A stretch of DNA of 34,741 nt from Chiloscyllium plagiosum. Lineage: Eukaryota. The stretch covers positions 8,052,120 to 8,086,860 of the forward strand of contig NC_057758.1 in the NCBI RefSeq assembly GCF_004010195.1. Direction: 5' to 3'. Shown here piece after piece: positions 11,080 to 23,419 of the stretch. The notes below the pieces were generated by a model that saw nothing but the letters and a program-made list of their open reading frames with translations, had not been told where the DNA came from and did no database searches. Numbering within the stretch: position 1 is the stretch's first letter; each line of letters begins with the position of its first letter. The position numbers were made by a program, and so were the translations under genes.

Positions 11080-13250
11080 CTTTCTTCTATCTCCACCTGG
11101 ACGGTGACTCCACCATGGAATATCAGGCCATAGTGTCTACAACGGTCACTAAAATTAGTTCATCCTGTTACCTCCTGTTCACTGTCTCCGTGCTCTTAGT
11201 TTCCCAAACCCGCACAAACCCGCTTCTGCCTCCTTCCTAAAATTCACAAACTGTTCAGCACATCTGTGGTTTCTGTCCACTCTTGCTCTGCAAACACATC
11301 TGTTCCAAAATCGACTCAAGGTTATTTCTCTTCTTCTTCGGTTAATTCTGACGTACATCCGCCAGCCCTCTGATGCTTTTCTCCAATTTCACAATTTCCA
11401 GTTCTCGAGCTCCAAACAGCTTCTCTTTACAATGGGACATGCAATGTCTTTTCACCTCCTCCCACACTACAGTGGTCTGACGGCGTACCACACCTTATTG
11501 AACAAAAGGGCCCATCCCCCAAGGCTATACTCTGCCTGGCCCACCTTGGCCTCACACTGAACAACTGCTATTTAATATCCTCATATCTTCTTCACGTCGG
11601 GTAGGGGAGGTAGCCACGTGTCCGTGTATCGTCCCACGTGTAGCTTTTCTCTTTGTGAGGTACATGGAGCACTCCTTATTGTCGTCCACCTGCAGTCCCC
11701 ACCCTCAAATCGTCCCCAAGGATATCGATGACATTATCATTACTGCTTCACTCTCTCATTCGGAATTGTAAATGTTAATCTATTTTGCTTCCAATTCCTA
11801 CCCTCTCTCAACTCCACCTGGTCCACCTCTGCTCTTGTCCCTTCCCATACTCGACAAATCTATTTAAATTTCTGGGGATAGACTGTCCACCAATATCCAC
11901 GAAAAGCACACTGACACATCCAGTTACCTTTCCTATATATTATCACTCTCTCCCTTCTACAAGTACTCCTTTCCATTCTCCAAGTTCCACCATCTCTATC
12001 TCATCTTGTCTGATGATGCCCCCTACCCGTTTCTCTTACCTCAACCCTACCACCTCTCTACTTGCCCTACAGGGTCGATAGGGCTTGCCTTGTTGTCACT
12101 CACCAGCAACAACATTCAGAGGAGCATTCACCGCCGTTTGTGTTACGCCGGCGGGTTGTCACCATGAGACAGATGTATCCCTCCCGTCTCTTATCAGCTT
12201 TCTGCAAGGACCATTCCAGCCGAGACGCCCTGGTCTACTCTACGATGGTGCTGCAATTTTATCAAGGTCATTTTTGACGGTTTGTTTAATAATGGAGAGT
12301 GCGTGAAAGTAGATGCGCCTTGGGGACGAGAAAGACCCGAATTTAACAAAGGCAGGGGAGAACCCGGTCCTCCCTGTTCAGGTTTCTTCTCGTTTGATTC
12401 AGCTGTGTCAGACACAAGATGCTGAAGTCCTGGATTGGTTGTAGACTTTAGCAGATGGTACCTAAATGACTTTCCATGAAATCTGTTTGGAAGTTGCTCC
12501 TTCCTACCTGTACGAATCTGTGTTTGAATTTACATATTTGCCAAGTGTATATTTATGTGGTGCTATTGGATCGCTACATTTCCTCAGTTAAGTTACTGTT
12601 TCGGCTCTGAAAATTTTAAAACAGATAAGTTATTCAAAATTCAATTTTCTAATCTTTGTGTTTCAATTGTAGCCATTGAATGCGTTTTGTTTTGCTTAAA
12701 ACTGATTGGATTGCCTAGCTGCATCATACCTGGAATATCCATTTCAAATCCGCTCTTCAAATGAGAGAAGTTAGGATCTAACGTAACTTCTTAAATATTT
12801 TTGAGAGTGTCTGGACTCATCCAAAATAATTCATGTCACACTCCTTAGCAGTTACAGAATGCGTAACTCATGCCGGCTTTCACTCTCACTCCTGACCATC
12901 CAAGACCCCAGACAGGGTATTACCTGCACTTCACTCAATCTGTCCGATTGCATTCACTGCTAGCCAAGTCCTGCCTCTGCGCTGGGGGAATTGAAACACA
13001 GACCACGTGAATGCTTCATTGAAAAAATACTTTGACAAAAAAATGCCCCAGTTGCAAGTCACTTCAACAGTCCACCATCTCAGGTTTGCTGCAGAGAAGC
13101 TTAGCACACGCTGGATACTTCGCACCTCATTTTCCACTTCGGAATCCTGCAATTTAATATCGAGTTCAACAATTTTAGCTGTCGAGCACCTTCCCCCATG
13201 CGTTTCCCCAAACCAACTCACCAGGCATATTCATCATATTGATTGTCACC
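11080..13250 (+). mobile_element. Degraded Penelope-like element (RT then GIY-YIG), interrupted by LTR-like relic B
   Basis: Frameshifted motifs RFCLLPKIHK (11221-11250), TYIR, LFTM, LTLNN, IDDII (~11724), SAFCKDHSSRDALV (~12200); CIHC..GELKHR-like GIY-YIG remnant at ~12940-13020. Confidence 0.75.
12241..12828 (+). mobile_element. Solo-LTR-like relic B inserted in the PLE
   Basis: Starts TACGATGGTGCTGC (cf. reverse complement of relic A end) exactly where PLE homology breaks; possible decayed 4-bp TSD ACTC/ATTC. Confidence 0.5.
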
Positions 13251-13260
13251 ACACACTGGG

Positions 13261-13385
13261 ACAAAATGAGGACTCCAAATGCTCAAGATCAGAGTCGACA
13301 CTGTGGTGCTGGAAAAGCACAGTCAGTCAGGCAGAATCTGAAGAGCAGGACAATTGACCTTTCGAGCACAACCCTTTTATCAGGA
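13261..13385 (-). mobile_element. PLE terminal repeat fragment
   Basis: AGATCAGAGTCGACACTGTGGTGCTGGAAAAGCACAG...CTTTTATCAGG; same family as 3485-3709. Confidence 0.8.
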
Positions 13386-13415
13386 ATACCACAAACTCTC
13401 CATCGTCAGCCACAT

Positions 13416-14033
13416 TGTGACCACGATGTGGCTTAAATAGAAACGTTTTGTAATGGTTTATTTCCAGAGATAGATTGAAATGGGTGTTCAGACCTGGCCA
13501 CTGAAGACCACTGGAGGAAATAGCTTGTGAAGCTTTGAGTATGTCTTTAAAGTTGAAACAATGTAACAGCTCAGTAACAGCTCAGCCCGAGATTTCTAGT
13601 TTGTTACTGATTTTTATGTCTACATTTAGGCGGAAGATATCGCGGACTCAAAACAGTTGGAAGATGCAGTGAATGGATGTTAGTTGCTTCTCTCTCTAAA
13701 TGTTCACATGGTTTTCGTCTGTTATATTATGTGTCCTAAATTTCGGGTTTATTTGTCAAGGGTATGTTTTGCAGAATGTTTGTCTCTTGGAAGACTTAAT
13801 TATTAATAGTTTCGGTATCTATAATTCTGTTAAGTTTTCCAAACAAGTTCAGTTACTCTAATTTCCTCTCTCTTTTATTGTATTGTAATAACAATGTTCA
13901 AGTAAATTCCGTTTTACTTAACATCCAGTGGCTTGAGAAGTCGTGTTGCATCTGGAACAGCCGTTTTGAAATGAGAAAATGTCTGTGCTAACTTCCTAAA
14001 GAAAATTATGAGTTTCTGGTCTGATCCATGACA
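13416..14033 (+). mobile_element. Solo-LTR-like relic C
   Basis: TGTGA...TGACA termini, ~620 bp, 3' end similar to relic B and to the reverse complement of the relic D start. Confidence 0.55.
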
Positions 14034-14101
14034 TCAATCATAGTTATTCATTCTCCAAGCTAACCTGCAAGCGCCCAATGCTTTTTTCTGTCTTCATTTA
14101 T

Positions 14102-14540
14102 TGTGATGGCCCAGACCAGACCACCTGAAAATAATTCAAGATTGTTGCCCAGACACTAACTTCTCCACTCGTTCAAAAGAAATGTTGTGTGGCTTTTCCA
14201 AGTGTGGTGCAACTGGCCGAACCACTCACGTTTAAACAAAACAGAACATGTTTTCAGATTACCGATCGAAACACGAACAAAACAGAACAGAATATAAAAA
14301 AACAAGCTCTCTGAAAACCCAATCAACTCCATCGAAACTTCATGATGCAGTTCTAAAAAAAAACTTGCACCATCCTCATAGACACTTCATTTACAGAACA
14401 AAAATGGTAAAATCAAAAACAGATTATTACAGGAGAAATGTTAGAGGCCAGAGAGAGGATCAGCATGGAACTGTTTTTTGGGTGCCTGCTAAAAATTGAG
14501 CAGGATCTTCAAACAGACTGATTGCTCCAAATCTGAGCTG
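14102..14540 (-). mobile_element. Truncated solo-LTR-like relic D
   Basis: TGTGATGGCCCAGACCAGACC is the reverse complement of the relic C end; shares TCTGAAAACCCAA and GAGGATCAGCATGG with relic A. Confidence 0.55.
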
Positions 14541-15895
14541 CCATCAGTGCTGTAGAAGGGACTTTGGGCCAAGAACTTTAAGTTTGATTACACAGCAACG
14601 GTCCTGATAGGTCTGCTGAGATTTTCCAGTGATTCCTGCTTTTGTTGCAAATTTCCAATATCAACAGTTCTTTTGGACTTTTGCTGAATGTACCTTGTAA
14701 ATTCCATCAGAAATTCGAAGCATCGTTTCTACTCAGGGGAGGTCCATACATTCTCATTGTTGCCCAAGTTTCCCCCTTAAAAATACTCCGATCAGAAATG
14801 CACTTCGATTTTGTATTAGTTTCAACGATGATGTCCAACCATAAAGCACTGACTTGCGCTTCTTCCGATTCAATAGACCAGAGTTACTCCTTTGCTTTAC
14901 TTGAATTTCCTAAACTCTCTTCACTTCTGCGTTCTGGACGATTAAGGATGAACGACACATATCGGTGGAACCAGCGATACCCATCCCATGAATGAATAAA
15001 TAATCACTTTATTTACATTCTGCTAAAAGTAACTTTAGGTTGATGAAGCAACTGACGTGTTCTTTCTTTTCATTATCATCGTTAAGTGTTTAGCCCAATC
15101 GCATTCTCCCACCAAACAGTTTTGGTCTACTGATCTTAACACACATGTCTCTCATTTGGTTTTCTGGCCTGCAGCCACACCGACATATTCTCGACATTCC
15201 AGCCACAAAGTCTACTGTTATCAAAACAGATGTGAGTAAGTCACAGCTAATGTCAGTGGCGCAGAGTGTTCATAATAGGCTTCATTAATGTAAACTTGTC
15301 TCGTGAACACCAAGAAGACTATCACATGTTGAGACAATATTTCTGGACAGGTGAACATAAATTTCATATCCTATGGTCTCCTAGATATTTTCATTTGAAG
15401 GAAAAAATCCAGTCATAAACCATCCTGCAAGCATTGATCCAGAGTTACGTTTATGAGTCTCCACGAATCTGAAAAAACCCTGCGACATGAAATATCTCAA
15501 TGTTTTGAAGTGACGTTCCAACTGTTTCATTTATTCTTTTTCCGTTGCGTTTTTGAAAATTTCCATCCGTTCATTACTCGTCTCAAAACATGTTTTCCTG
15601 AATTGTATGCAATTGGGTTATTTTTATTTCCAGAACAGATTTCGACAGCTTTGGACGAACAAAGCTGATACAATCAGCTGTCAGATTCAAACATGAACTA
15701 TCATCTCACTCTGTCTCACTAATAAGCCGTTATCTTTCTTACTGTGCCTGTTAGAGCATAGAACGTAGTACATAGAACACAGAAAATTATAGCATGGGAC
15801 AGGTCCTTCAGCCTACGAAGTTGTGCCGAGGATTAAGTGTTGAAAATGTTTTGCTGGAAAAACGCAGCAGGTCAGGCAGCATCCAAGGAGCAGGA

Positions 15896-15933
15896 GAGTC
15901 GACGTTTCGGGCATGAGCCCTTCTTCAGGAATG
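15896..15933 (-). ncRNA. Minimal hammerhead ribozyme motif (left arm)
   Basis: Reverse complement of 17262-17299. Confidence 0.72.
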
Positions 15934-17261
15934 AGGAAAGTGTGCGATGCAAGCTAAAATAAAAGGTAGGGAGGAGGGACTTGGGGGAGGGGCGTTGGAA
16001 ATGCGATAGGTGGAAGGAGGTTAAGGTGAAGGTGATAAGGTGAGGGTGATTGGCCGGAGTTGGGGAGGGAGCGGAGATGTCAGGAAGAAGATTGTAGGTT
16101 AGGAAGGTGGTGCTGAGTTCGAGGGTTGGTCTGAGACAAGGTGGGGGGAGGTGAAATGAGGAAGCTGGAAAAATCTGAGTTCATCCCTTGTGGTTGGAGG
16201 GTTCCTCCTCCAGCCGTCGTGTTGCTATGGTCTGGCAGTGGAGGAGTCCAATGACCTGCATGTCCTTGGTGGAGTGGGAGGAGTAGTTGAAGTGTTGAGC
16301 CACGGGGTGGTTGGGTTGATTGGTCCGCGTGTCCCAGAGGTGTTCTCTGAAAACTCACCAATATAGAGGAAGCCACATCAGGTGCAGCGGATGTAGTAAA
16401 AGATGCGTGTGGAGGTGCAGGTGAATTTGTGGCGGATATGGAAGGATCCCTTGGGGCCTTGGAAGGAAGTAAGGGGGAAGGTGTGGGTGCAAGTTTTGCA
16501 TTTCTTGCGTTTGTAGGGGAAGGTGCCGGGAGTGGTGATTGGGTTGGTGGGGTGTGTGGACCTGACAAGGGAGTCACGGAGGGAGTGGTCTTTTCGGAAC
16601 GCTGATAGGGGAGGGGGGGGAAATATATCCTTGGTGGTGGGGTCTGTTTGGAAGTGGCGAAATGACGATGCATGATACGGTCTATATGCAGGTTGGTGGG
16701 GTGGTAGGTGAGGACCAGTGGGGTCCTGTCCTGGTGGCGATTGGAGGGGCGGGGCTCACGTGCGGAGGAGCAGGAAGTGGTGGAGATGCGATAGAGAGCA
16801 TCGTCGACCACGTCTGTGGGGAAATTGCGGTCTTTGAAGAAGTAGGCCGTCTGGGTTGTTCGGGATTGGAACTGGTCCTCTTCAACTCCCCCTCCCACTC
16901 CACCAAGGACATGCAGGTCCTTGGACTCCTCCACCGCCAGACGATAGCAACACGACGGCTGGAGGAAGAACGCCTCATCTTCCGCCTAGGAACCCTCCAA
17001 CCACAAGGGATGAACTCAGATTTTTCCAGCTTCCTCATTTCCCCTCCGGCTACCTTGTCTGAGTCCCAACCCTCGAACTCAGCACCACCTTCCTAACCTG
17101 CAATCTTCTTCCTGAACTCTCCGCCCCCTCCCCCATTCTAGCCTATCATCCTCACCTTATCACCGTCACCTTAACCTCCTTCCACGTATCGCATTTCCAA
17201 CGCCCCTCCCCCAAGTCCCTCCTCCCTTCCTTTTAGCTTAGCTTGCTTGGCACACTTTCCT

Positions 17262-17299
17262 CATTCCTGAAGAAGGGCTCATGCCCGAAACGTCGACTC
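17262..17299 (+). ncRNA. Minimal hammerhead ribozyme motif (right arm)
   Basis: TC-CTGAAGA-A-GGGC-TCAT-GCCC-GAAA-C-GTC-GA: CUGANGA/GAAA core, 4-bp helix II, GUC cleavage triplet, very short helix I. Confidence 0.75.
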
Positions 17300-20200
17300 T
17301 CCTGCTCCTTGGATGCTGCCTGACCTGCTGTGCCTTTCCAGAAACACATTTTCAACTCTGATCTCCAGCATCTGCAGTCCTCACTTTCTCCGTGCCGAGG
17401 ATTAATCCTAATGTAAAATAAAATAATCTTACTTCTGCACCCCGCAATTCACTGTTGTCCATGTGCATGTCCAGCAGGCGTTTAAATGTCCCAAATGTCC
17501 CTGCTTCCACCAACAGGCAACGCATTCCATGCATTCACAACTCTCTGCATAGAAAGTCTACTTCTTACGTCTCCTCTATACCGTCCTTCTAATAACTTCA
17601 AACTATGACCCTGCGTCCCCGACAATCCTGTCCTGGAGAAAAGTCTCCGGTAATAGACTCGATGTGTGCCTTTCATTATCTTGTCTACATCGATCTGGTC
17701 ACCTCGCTTCCTCCTTCTATCCAGAGAGAAAACGTTCAATCTTAGTCAACCACTCTTCATATGACAATCCTACCAGTTCAGGCTGCATCCTGGTAAATCT
17801 TCTTTGCGCCGTGTCCAAAGCCTCTGAATCTTTCCTATGGTTGGGGCATCAGAACTGGACACAATATTTCAAGTGTGGTCTCACCAGGGACTTGTACTAC
17901 TGTAATAATACCTCATAGCTCTTAATCTCGATTCTCCATTAATGAAAGCTAAATCACCATATGCTTTCTTAACCACCCTCTCAACTTGGGTGGTAATTTT
18001 GAGGGATCTACGTACTTGAACACCCAGATCCCGCTGTTGCTCCACGCTGCTAAGAATCCTGTCTTTAATCCTCCATTCAACATTCAAGTTCGACCTTCCA
18101 AAATGTATCACTTTGCATATATCGAGCTTGAACTCCATCTGCCATTTCTCAGCCCAGCTCTGCATCCTGCCTATGTCATGCTGCAGCCTGCAATAGCCCT
18201 CAATGCTATCAACCTTTGTGTCGTCTGCACATTTACTAACCTCCCCCTCAATTCCCTCATCCAAGTCATTTATAAAAACTGCAAAGAGCCGAGGCCCAAG
18301 AACAGACACTACCCAACACCGACCTCCAGGCAGAATAAATTACATCTACAAATACTCTCAGCTTTCTGTCAACCAAACAATCTGAAGCCAGATTGCCAAA
18401 TCTCCCTGCATCCCATACCTCCTGACATTCTAAATGGGCCTACCATGGGGAACCCATCAAATGCCTTGCTGAAGCCCATGCACACGACATCTACTGCTCG
18501 AGTTCGTCAACCTGTCTTGTATCCTCCTCGAAGACCTCAATGAGACCTTTTACGCACGGCCTACCCCTCATAAAGCCATGCTGATTGCCTTTAATCACGC
18601 TATTATTTTCAAATAGTCAGACATCCTATTTCTCAGAATTCTTTCCAAAACCTTGTTGACCACAGAAGTACGACTGACTGGTCTGTAATTGCCAGGGATT
18701 ACTCTATCACCTTTCTTGAAAAGAGCAACAGCATTCTCTACCTGCCAATCCACCCGTTGACTCCTGTGGAGAGGGAAGTATGAACGATCTTCACTCGTGG
18801 CTTAGCAATCTCCTTTCTCGCTACGTGGATTAAGCTCGGATAAATCTGGTCTGACCCTGGGGACGTATCAATCTTAATGTTCGCCAAAGGTTCCAATGCA
18901 GCAACTTCAACAATCTTGTTCTGTTCAAGCCCATATCCCAGATCCTTAAAGTTCACATTCACAAGGTCCCTTTCTTTAATGGAAGGGCACAAAACTCATT
19001 TAGGACTTCCTCTATCTGATCAGACTTCACGCACAAGTTTCCTCTACTCTCCCGGATCGGCACGACCTTCTCCATGATCATTTTCTTATTCCTCACGTAT
19101 AAATAAACTGCCTTTGGATTCTCCCTAATCCCTCCTACCAAGACTTTCTAGTGCCTCCTCCTGGCTCTCCTCAGTGCATTTCTGAGCTTCTTTATCGCAA
19201 GGCTGTACTCGACCAAAGCTGTTCAAGATCCTTTCTTCCTCCACCTTACATCAGCTTCTGTCTTCATTTTGACGAGAAGCACTTTTGTTCTCGGCATCCA
19301 ACGCTACTTCATCATACCCCTTCTTACCTGTCTCAGAGAAAAAAGTTCCTGCATCACACGCAACAACTTCTCCTTATACAGTCTCCACATGTCTGCTGTG
19401 CCATTTCTCCCAGTCTGTACTTTCCAACTCCTGTCCAATAGCGTCATAATTTCCTTTTACCCAATTAAATGTTTTCCCTTGGTAGCTGCCATTTTCTCTC
19501 TTCACGTCTATGATAATGTGAGGCAGTTGTGGTCACTGTCATCAAAGCGTTCGCCCACCACGGAATCTGACACCTGTCCTGGCTCATTGTCAAGCACCAA
19601 ATCCAAAATGGCAGCTCCCCTCGTGTGCCTGTCTACATACTGAGTAAGGAAACCCTCCTGAACACAGCTAGCAAAAACAGCTTCATCCAAAATATTTCCA
19701 CCAAGGAGGGTCCAGTTCATATTGGGAAAGTTTAAGTCATCCGTAATAACAACCCTGCTACATCTTCATTTTTCCAAAATGTGCCGTCTTATCAGTTCGT
19801 CAATCTCTCTACTGCTATTAGCACTACTGCAGTAAACCCCCAGAGTGGTGGCTGCTCCCTTGCTGTTCCTAACTTACCCCTGTAATGATTCAGTAGGCAA
19901 AGCTTCCTCAACAACCTTCATTTCTGTATCTGCGATGAACTCTCTGATTAGTAATGCTATTCCCCATTCTCTTTTTTTCCACCCTCCCTGTTAATTTTTA
20001 ACCATTCTAAAACATGTAATATCTAGCAAGCATTCCTGCTCCTGTGAAACCCACGTCTCTGTTATGGCCATAACCTCATCGCCCCAAGTACTGATCCATG
20101 CTCTAAGTTCATCACTCTTATTTTTGACAATGCTTTCATTAAAGCAGATACACATTAGCCGATCCCTTTGTTTCATCACGTGAGAAACCTTCACAACAGA

Positions 20201-21869
20201 TTCACTACATCCTGTCACTGCTCCATCTACAACTACACCCCTCTCAGGTGTATGGCTCTGATTCCCACCCGTTTCCGAAACTAGTTTAAGGCCTGACGAA
20301 CCACACTATCAAATATCCCACCCAGGACATTTGCGCCCCTCCAGTTCAAGTGCAACCCGTCCTTAATGTCCAAGTCTCACCTTCCCCAGAAGACGCCCCA
20401 ATTGTCGAGGTATCTGAAGCCCTCCCTCCTGCACCAGCCTTGCAAACATATGTTAAGATCCATTCGCTGACTCTTCCTTACCTCACTATCTCGTGGCAAC
20501 GGGAGCAAAACTCAGATCACGACTCTAGTTGTCCTGCTCCTCAGCTTCCAACCAATCTCTCTGTAGTCACTTTTCAGATCCTTAATCCCTTTCCTGCCTA
20601 TAAAGTTGGTTCCAGTAAATATCACGATTTCTGGCTGCTCGACGTCCCCCTTCAGATCGGCGACATCCCGGACCCTGGCACCTGCCAGGCAACATAACTT
20701 CCGGGAGTCTCATTCACGACCACAAAATCTCCTTTAAGTCTATCTAACTAGTCGATCCCCTTAAACTAGCGCTTTTCTATTCTCTCCCTTTCCCTTCTGA
20801 GCCACAGTGTCAGGCTCAGTGCCAGAGACCGGTTTGGAAATTTTCCTGATTGTTGCCATCTGTAAGTGCTTGACTATTAGGGATATCGCGATTTTTCTTT
20901 ATTTTCCTTGGGTGTTCTACATATCATTCCTCCTCACATTGGTGTAAGCCATTTTATGAAGTAATCGTGCTGCACTTTATGGAAATTTGTGAATTTATGT
21001 CCCAAAGCTGATAATTTCCAGTTATTGTTGCTTGTCTTTTATTTCCAGATTTTAGTACAATTCTTCCATGCACTGAGATGTTTTGAACAGGAACGTACTT
21101 CGGTCCTTGTGATCTAAATGTACTTATTTTAGAAATAGCATCTTTGAAAGTAGACTTGTTCACTTCCTTAAAGTAACTTTAAAGTAACTTTGCTTTCCTC
21201 TCAGATGGCCTTCCTGATTTTGTTTTCTTATGTCACATCACTTTTTAACTCTTTTCTCATTTTCGCCCTGCAAATCACTTCTTTTATATTTCCTGACAAT
21301 CCCGCAGTCCACGATAGTATGCGTTCGTTTTTATTCATGTTTATGAGTGTTTATCCACTATTTTGTCCAGTTTTTCTGTGGTCTGCAGATTCCTTCCTCT
21401 TTCAATGTCCACCTGCAACACCACTCAGTCAAATCAAAACCCCCACCACAAATCCGCCAACATCACTTACACCTACATCATATACACTTACGTATTTGCA
21501 AGTTTAAACTTTCATTCAATTCGTTCTGCCATTGCAGACGACTTTTTATGGCCAATCCCTGCCTTAGAAAACCTTTCAGGCTGCATTTACGTCTGTGTCC
21601 TCTACTGCTAATGTTGTCTGTTGCAAGATGATTTTCTTGTTTTTTCTTAACGCGCTCCTTGGCATTGTGAACAAAATAATGGATCTCCATTCACTGCTTC
21701 ACACAGTGCCCCTGGCTTGTATCAATCACAAGTATCTTTGTTTAGCACTTTTGAAGAGTACATCTTTCATCTGTTCTGAGCACTCAACTTGCACGTCAGT
21801 GTGAGCCACTCTTGTAAAGATACAAGATTATAACGAGTGTCGTGGAACAGAAGAACCCGAGAGTTCAAG

Positions 21870-23419
21870 CTATTATTGGAAGAGTTGAGAAATGACTTAC
21901 AATAATGTTGCCAGTGTCTGAGTAATAGGGAGAGGTTGGACAACCTCAGATATTTTAATTTAGAGTTTATAAGATTGAGGTGGGATCTTATGAAGTATAT
22001 AGGATCATGAGAGGCATGAATATGCTAAATGCAAGTGGTGTCTTTCTCAGCGTCGTGTAATCGAGGGCTAGCAGTTAGGTTAATGTTAGACGAGAAACAA
22101 TACATGAAGACTGAAATGCAAACTTTTTGCTTATGGAATGAGCTGCCAGCGGAAGTGGTGGAGGCAGATACAGTGACAACGTTTAAGAGGCAATGGACAA
22201 ATACATGAATCGGAAACACTTAGAGAGATATGCATTAAGTGCAGGGAAATGGGATTGAAGTTGATGAACATTTTGTTCTGCATGGACGAGTTTGGGCTGA
22301 AGGGCCGGTCTGCATGTTTTAGGACTCTATGACTCGATGACTCGATGAATTGCAGTACCGTGAACTAATACTAAATCTGAAACATGATTTATTCAGAGGT
22401 AAGCACAGTACTTACGCGACATTCAGAGTATTAGTTACAGTCCTGGTAAATTAGTAACAGTGGATCAGGAATAAACTGCTTGATATTTCGCATCCCATTC
22501 GTCCTTCACCGATATCAGAACTGACCTCTCAGCTCCACAACGCTGTCTGCAGCTGATCATTATTGAGGCCTTTACTGAACAGAACCGGATCAGCTCAACA
22601 TTGAATATCCTGAAAGACTCTGAGGATCTAATCAATCTTGGACACTTTGCTGTAGGAAGATGTTACTATTATTGGAAGAGTTGAGAAATGACTTACAATA
22701 ATGTTGCCAGTGTCTGAGTAATAGGGAGAGGTTGGACAACCTCAGATATTTTAATTTAGAGTTTATAAGATTGAGGTGGGATCTTATGAAGTATATAGGA
22801 TCATGAGAGGCATGAATATGATAAATGCAAGTGGTGTCTTTCTCAGCGTCGTGTAATCGAGGGCTAGCAGTTAGGTTACTGTTAGACGAGAAACAATACA
22901 TGAAGACTGAAATGCAAACTTTTTGCATATGGAATGAACTGCCAGCGGAAGTGGTGGAGGCAGATACAGTGACAACGTTTAAGAGGCAATGGACAAATAC
23001 ATGAATCGGAAACACTTAGAGAGATATGCATTAAGTGCAGGGAAATGGGATTGAGGTTGATGGACATTTTGTTCTGCATGGGCGAGTTTGGGCTGAAGGG
23101 CCGGTCTGCATGTTTTCGGACTCTATGACTCGATGAATTGCAGTACCGTGAACTAATACTAAATCTGAAACATGATTTATTCAGAGGTAAGCACAGTACT
23201 TACGCGACATTCAGAGTATCAGTTACAGTCCTGGTAAATTAGTAACAGTGAATCAGGAATAAACTGCTTGATATTTCGCATCCCATTCGTCCTTCACCGA
23301 TATCAGAACTGACCTCTCAGCTCCACAACGCCGTCTGCAGCTGATCATTATTGAGGCCTTTACTGAACAGAACCGGATCAGCTCAACATTGAATATCCTG
23401 AAAGACTCTGAGAATCTAA
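21870..23419 (+). repeat. Local tandem duplication (~760 bp x2: 21870-22631 and 22666-23419) made of a plus-strand CR1 3' end and an older minus-strand CR1 3' relic
   Basis: Near-identical direct copies with a 34-bp spacer; unit 1 has an extra GACTCGAT; TATGGAATGA.CTGCCAGCGGAAGTGGTGGAGGCAG is the CR1 WNELP.EVVEA segment. Confidence 0.93.

Larger units (their letters stand above)
9344..16030 (+). repeat. Segmental duplication copy 1 (9344-9954 and 14183-~16030 shared with 32102-34560)
   Basis: Direct collinear identity of ~97% by eye; 9955-14182 is absent from copy 2. Confidence 0.95.
15837..17391. mobile_element. Penelope-like element (Neptune-like), inverted arms: 15837-~16879 minus, ~16879-17391 plus
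   Basis: Minus arm YFFKDRNFPTDVV...DRTPLVLTYHP; plus arm RRLEEERLIFRLGTLQPQGMN (GIY-YIG C-terminus); 14-bp TSD GTGCCGAGGATTAA at 15823-15836 and 17392-17405. Confidence 0.93.
15757..20830 (-). mobile_element. Near full-length decayed CR1 LINE (partial ORF1 SGNH esterase, APE endonuclease, RT, tail), interrupted by a PLE at 15837-17391
   Basis: ORF1 GDRLVR..RRFCGRE.DSRKLCCLAGARVRDV (~20660-20760); APE MAITETW, TRGAAILDLVL, SDHN; RT NQHGFMRG, GPRLFAVFINDLD, CADDTKV, SWAEKWQMEF; CATAGAA tail at 15757; many stops and frameshifts. Confidence 0.93.

Noticed and set aside
14642..14995. 117-aa ORF partly shared with copy 2
   Set aside because: Non-ATG start in a PLE-end-like relic, interrupted by a stop in copy 2, several differences are amino-acid changing, and no recognisable domain
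20840..20890. TAAGTGCTTGACTATTAGGGATA with a miR-430/302-type AAGUGCU seed and partial upstream pairing
   Set aside because: Only ~12 bp of wobble-rich stem and no room for a terminal loop; not a credible pre-miRNA
21413..21491. Minus-strand 79-nt GTAAGT...TTGCAG intron candidate after the 70-aa ORF
   Set aside because: Splicing gives a stop three codons later and no recognisable protein
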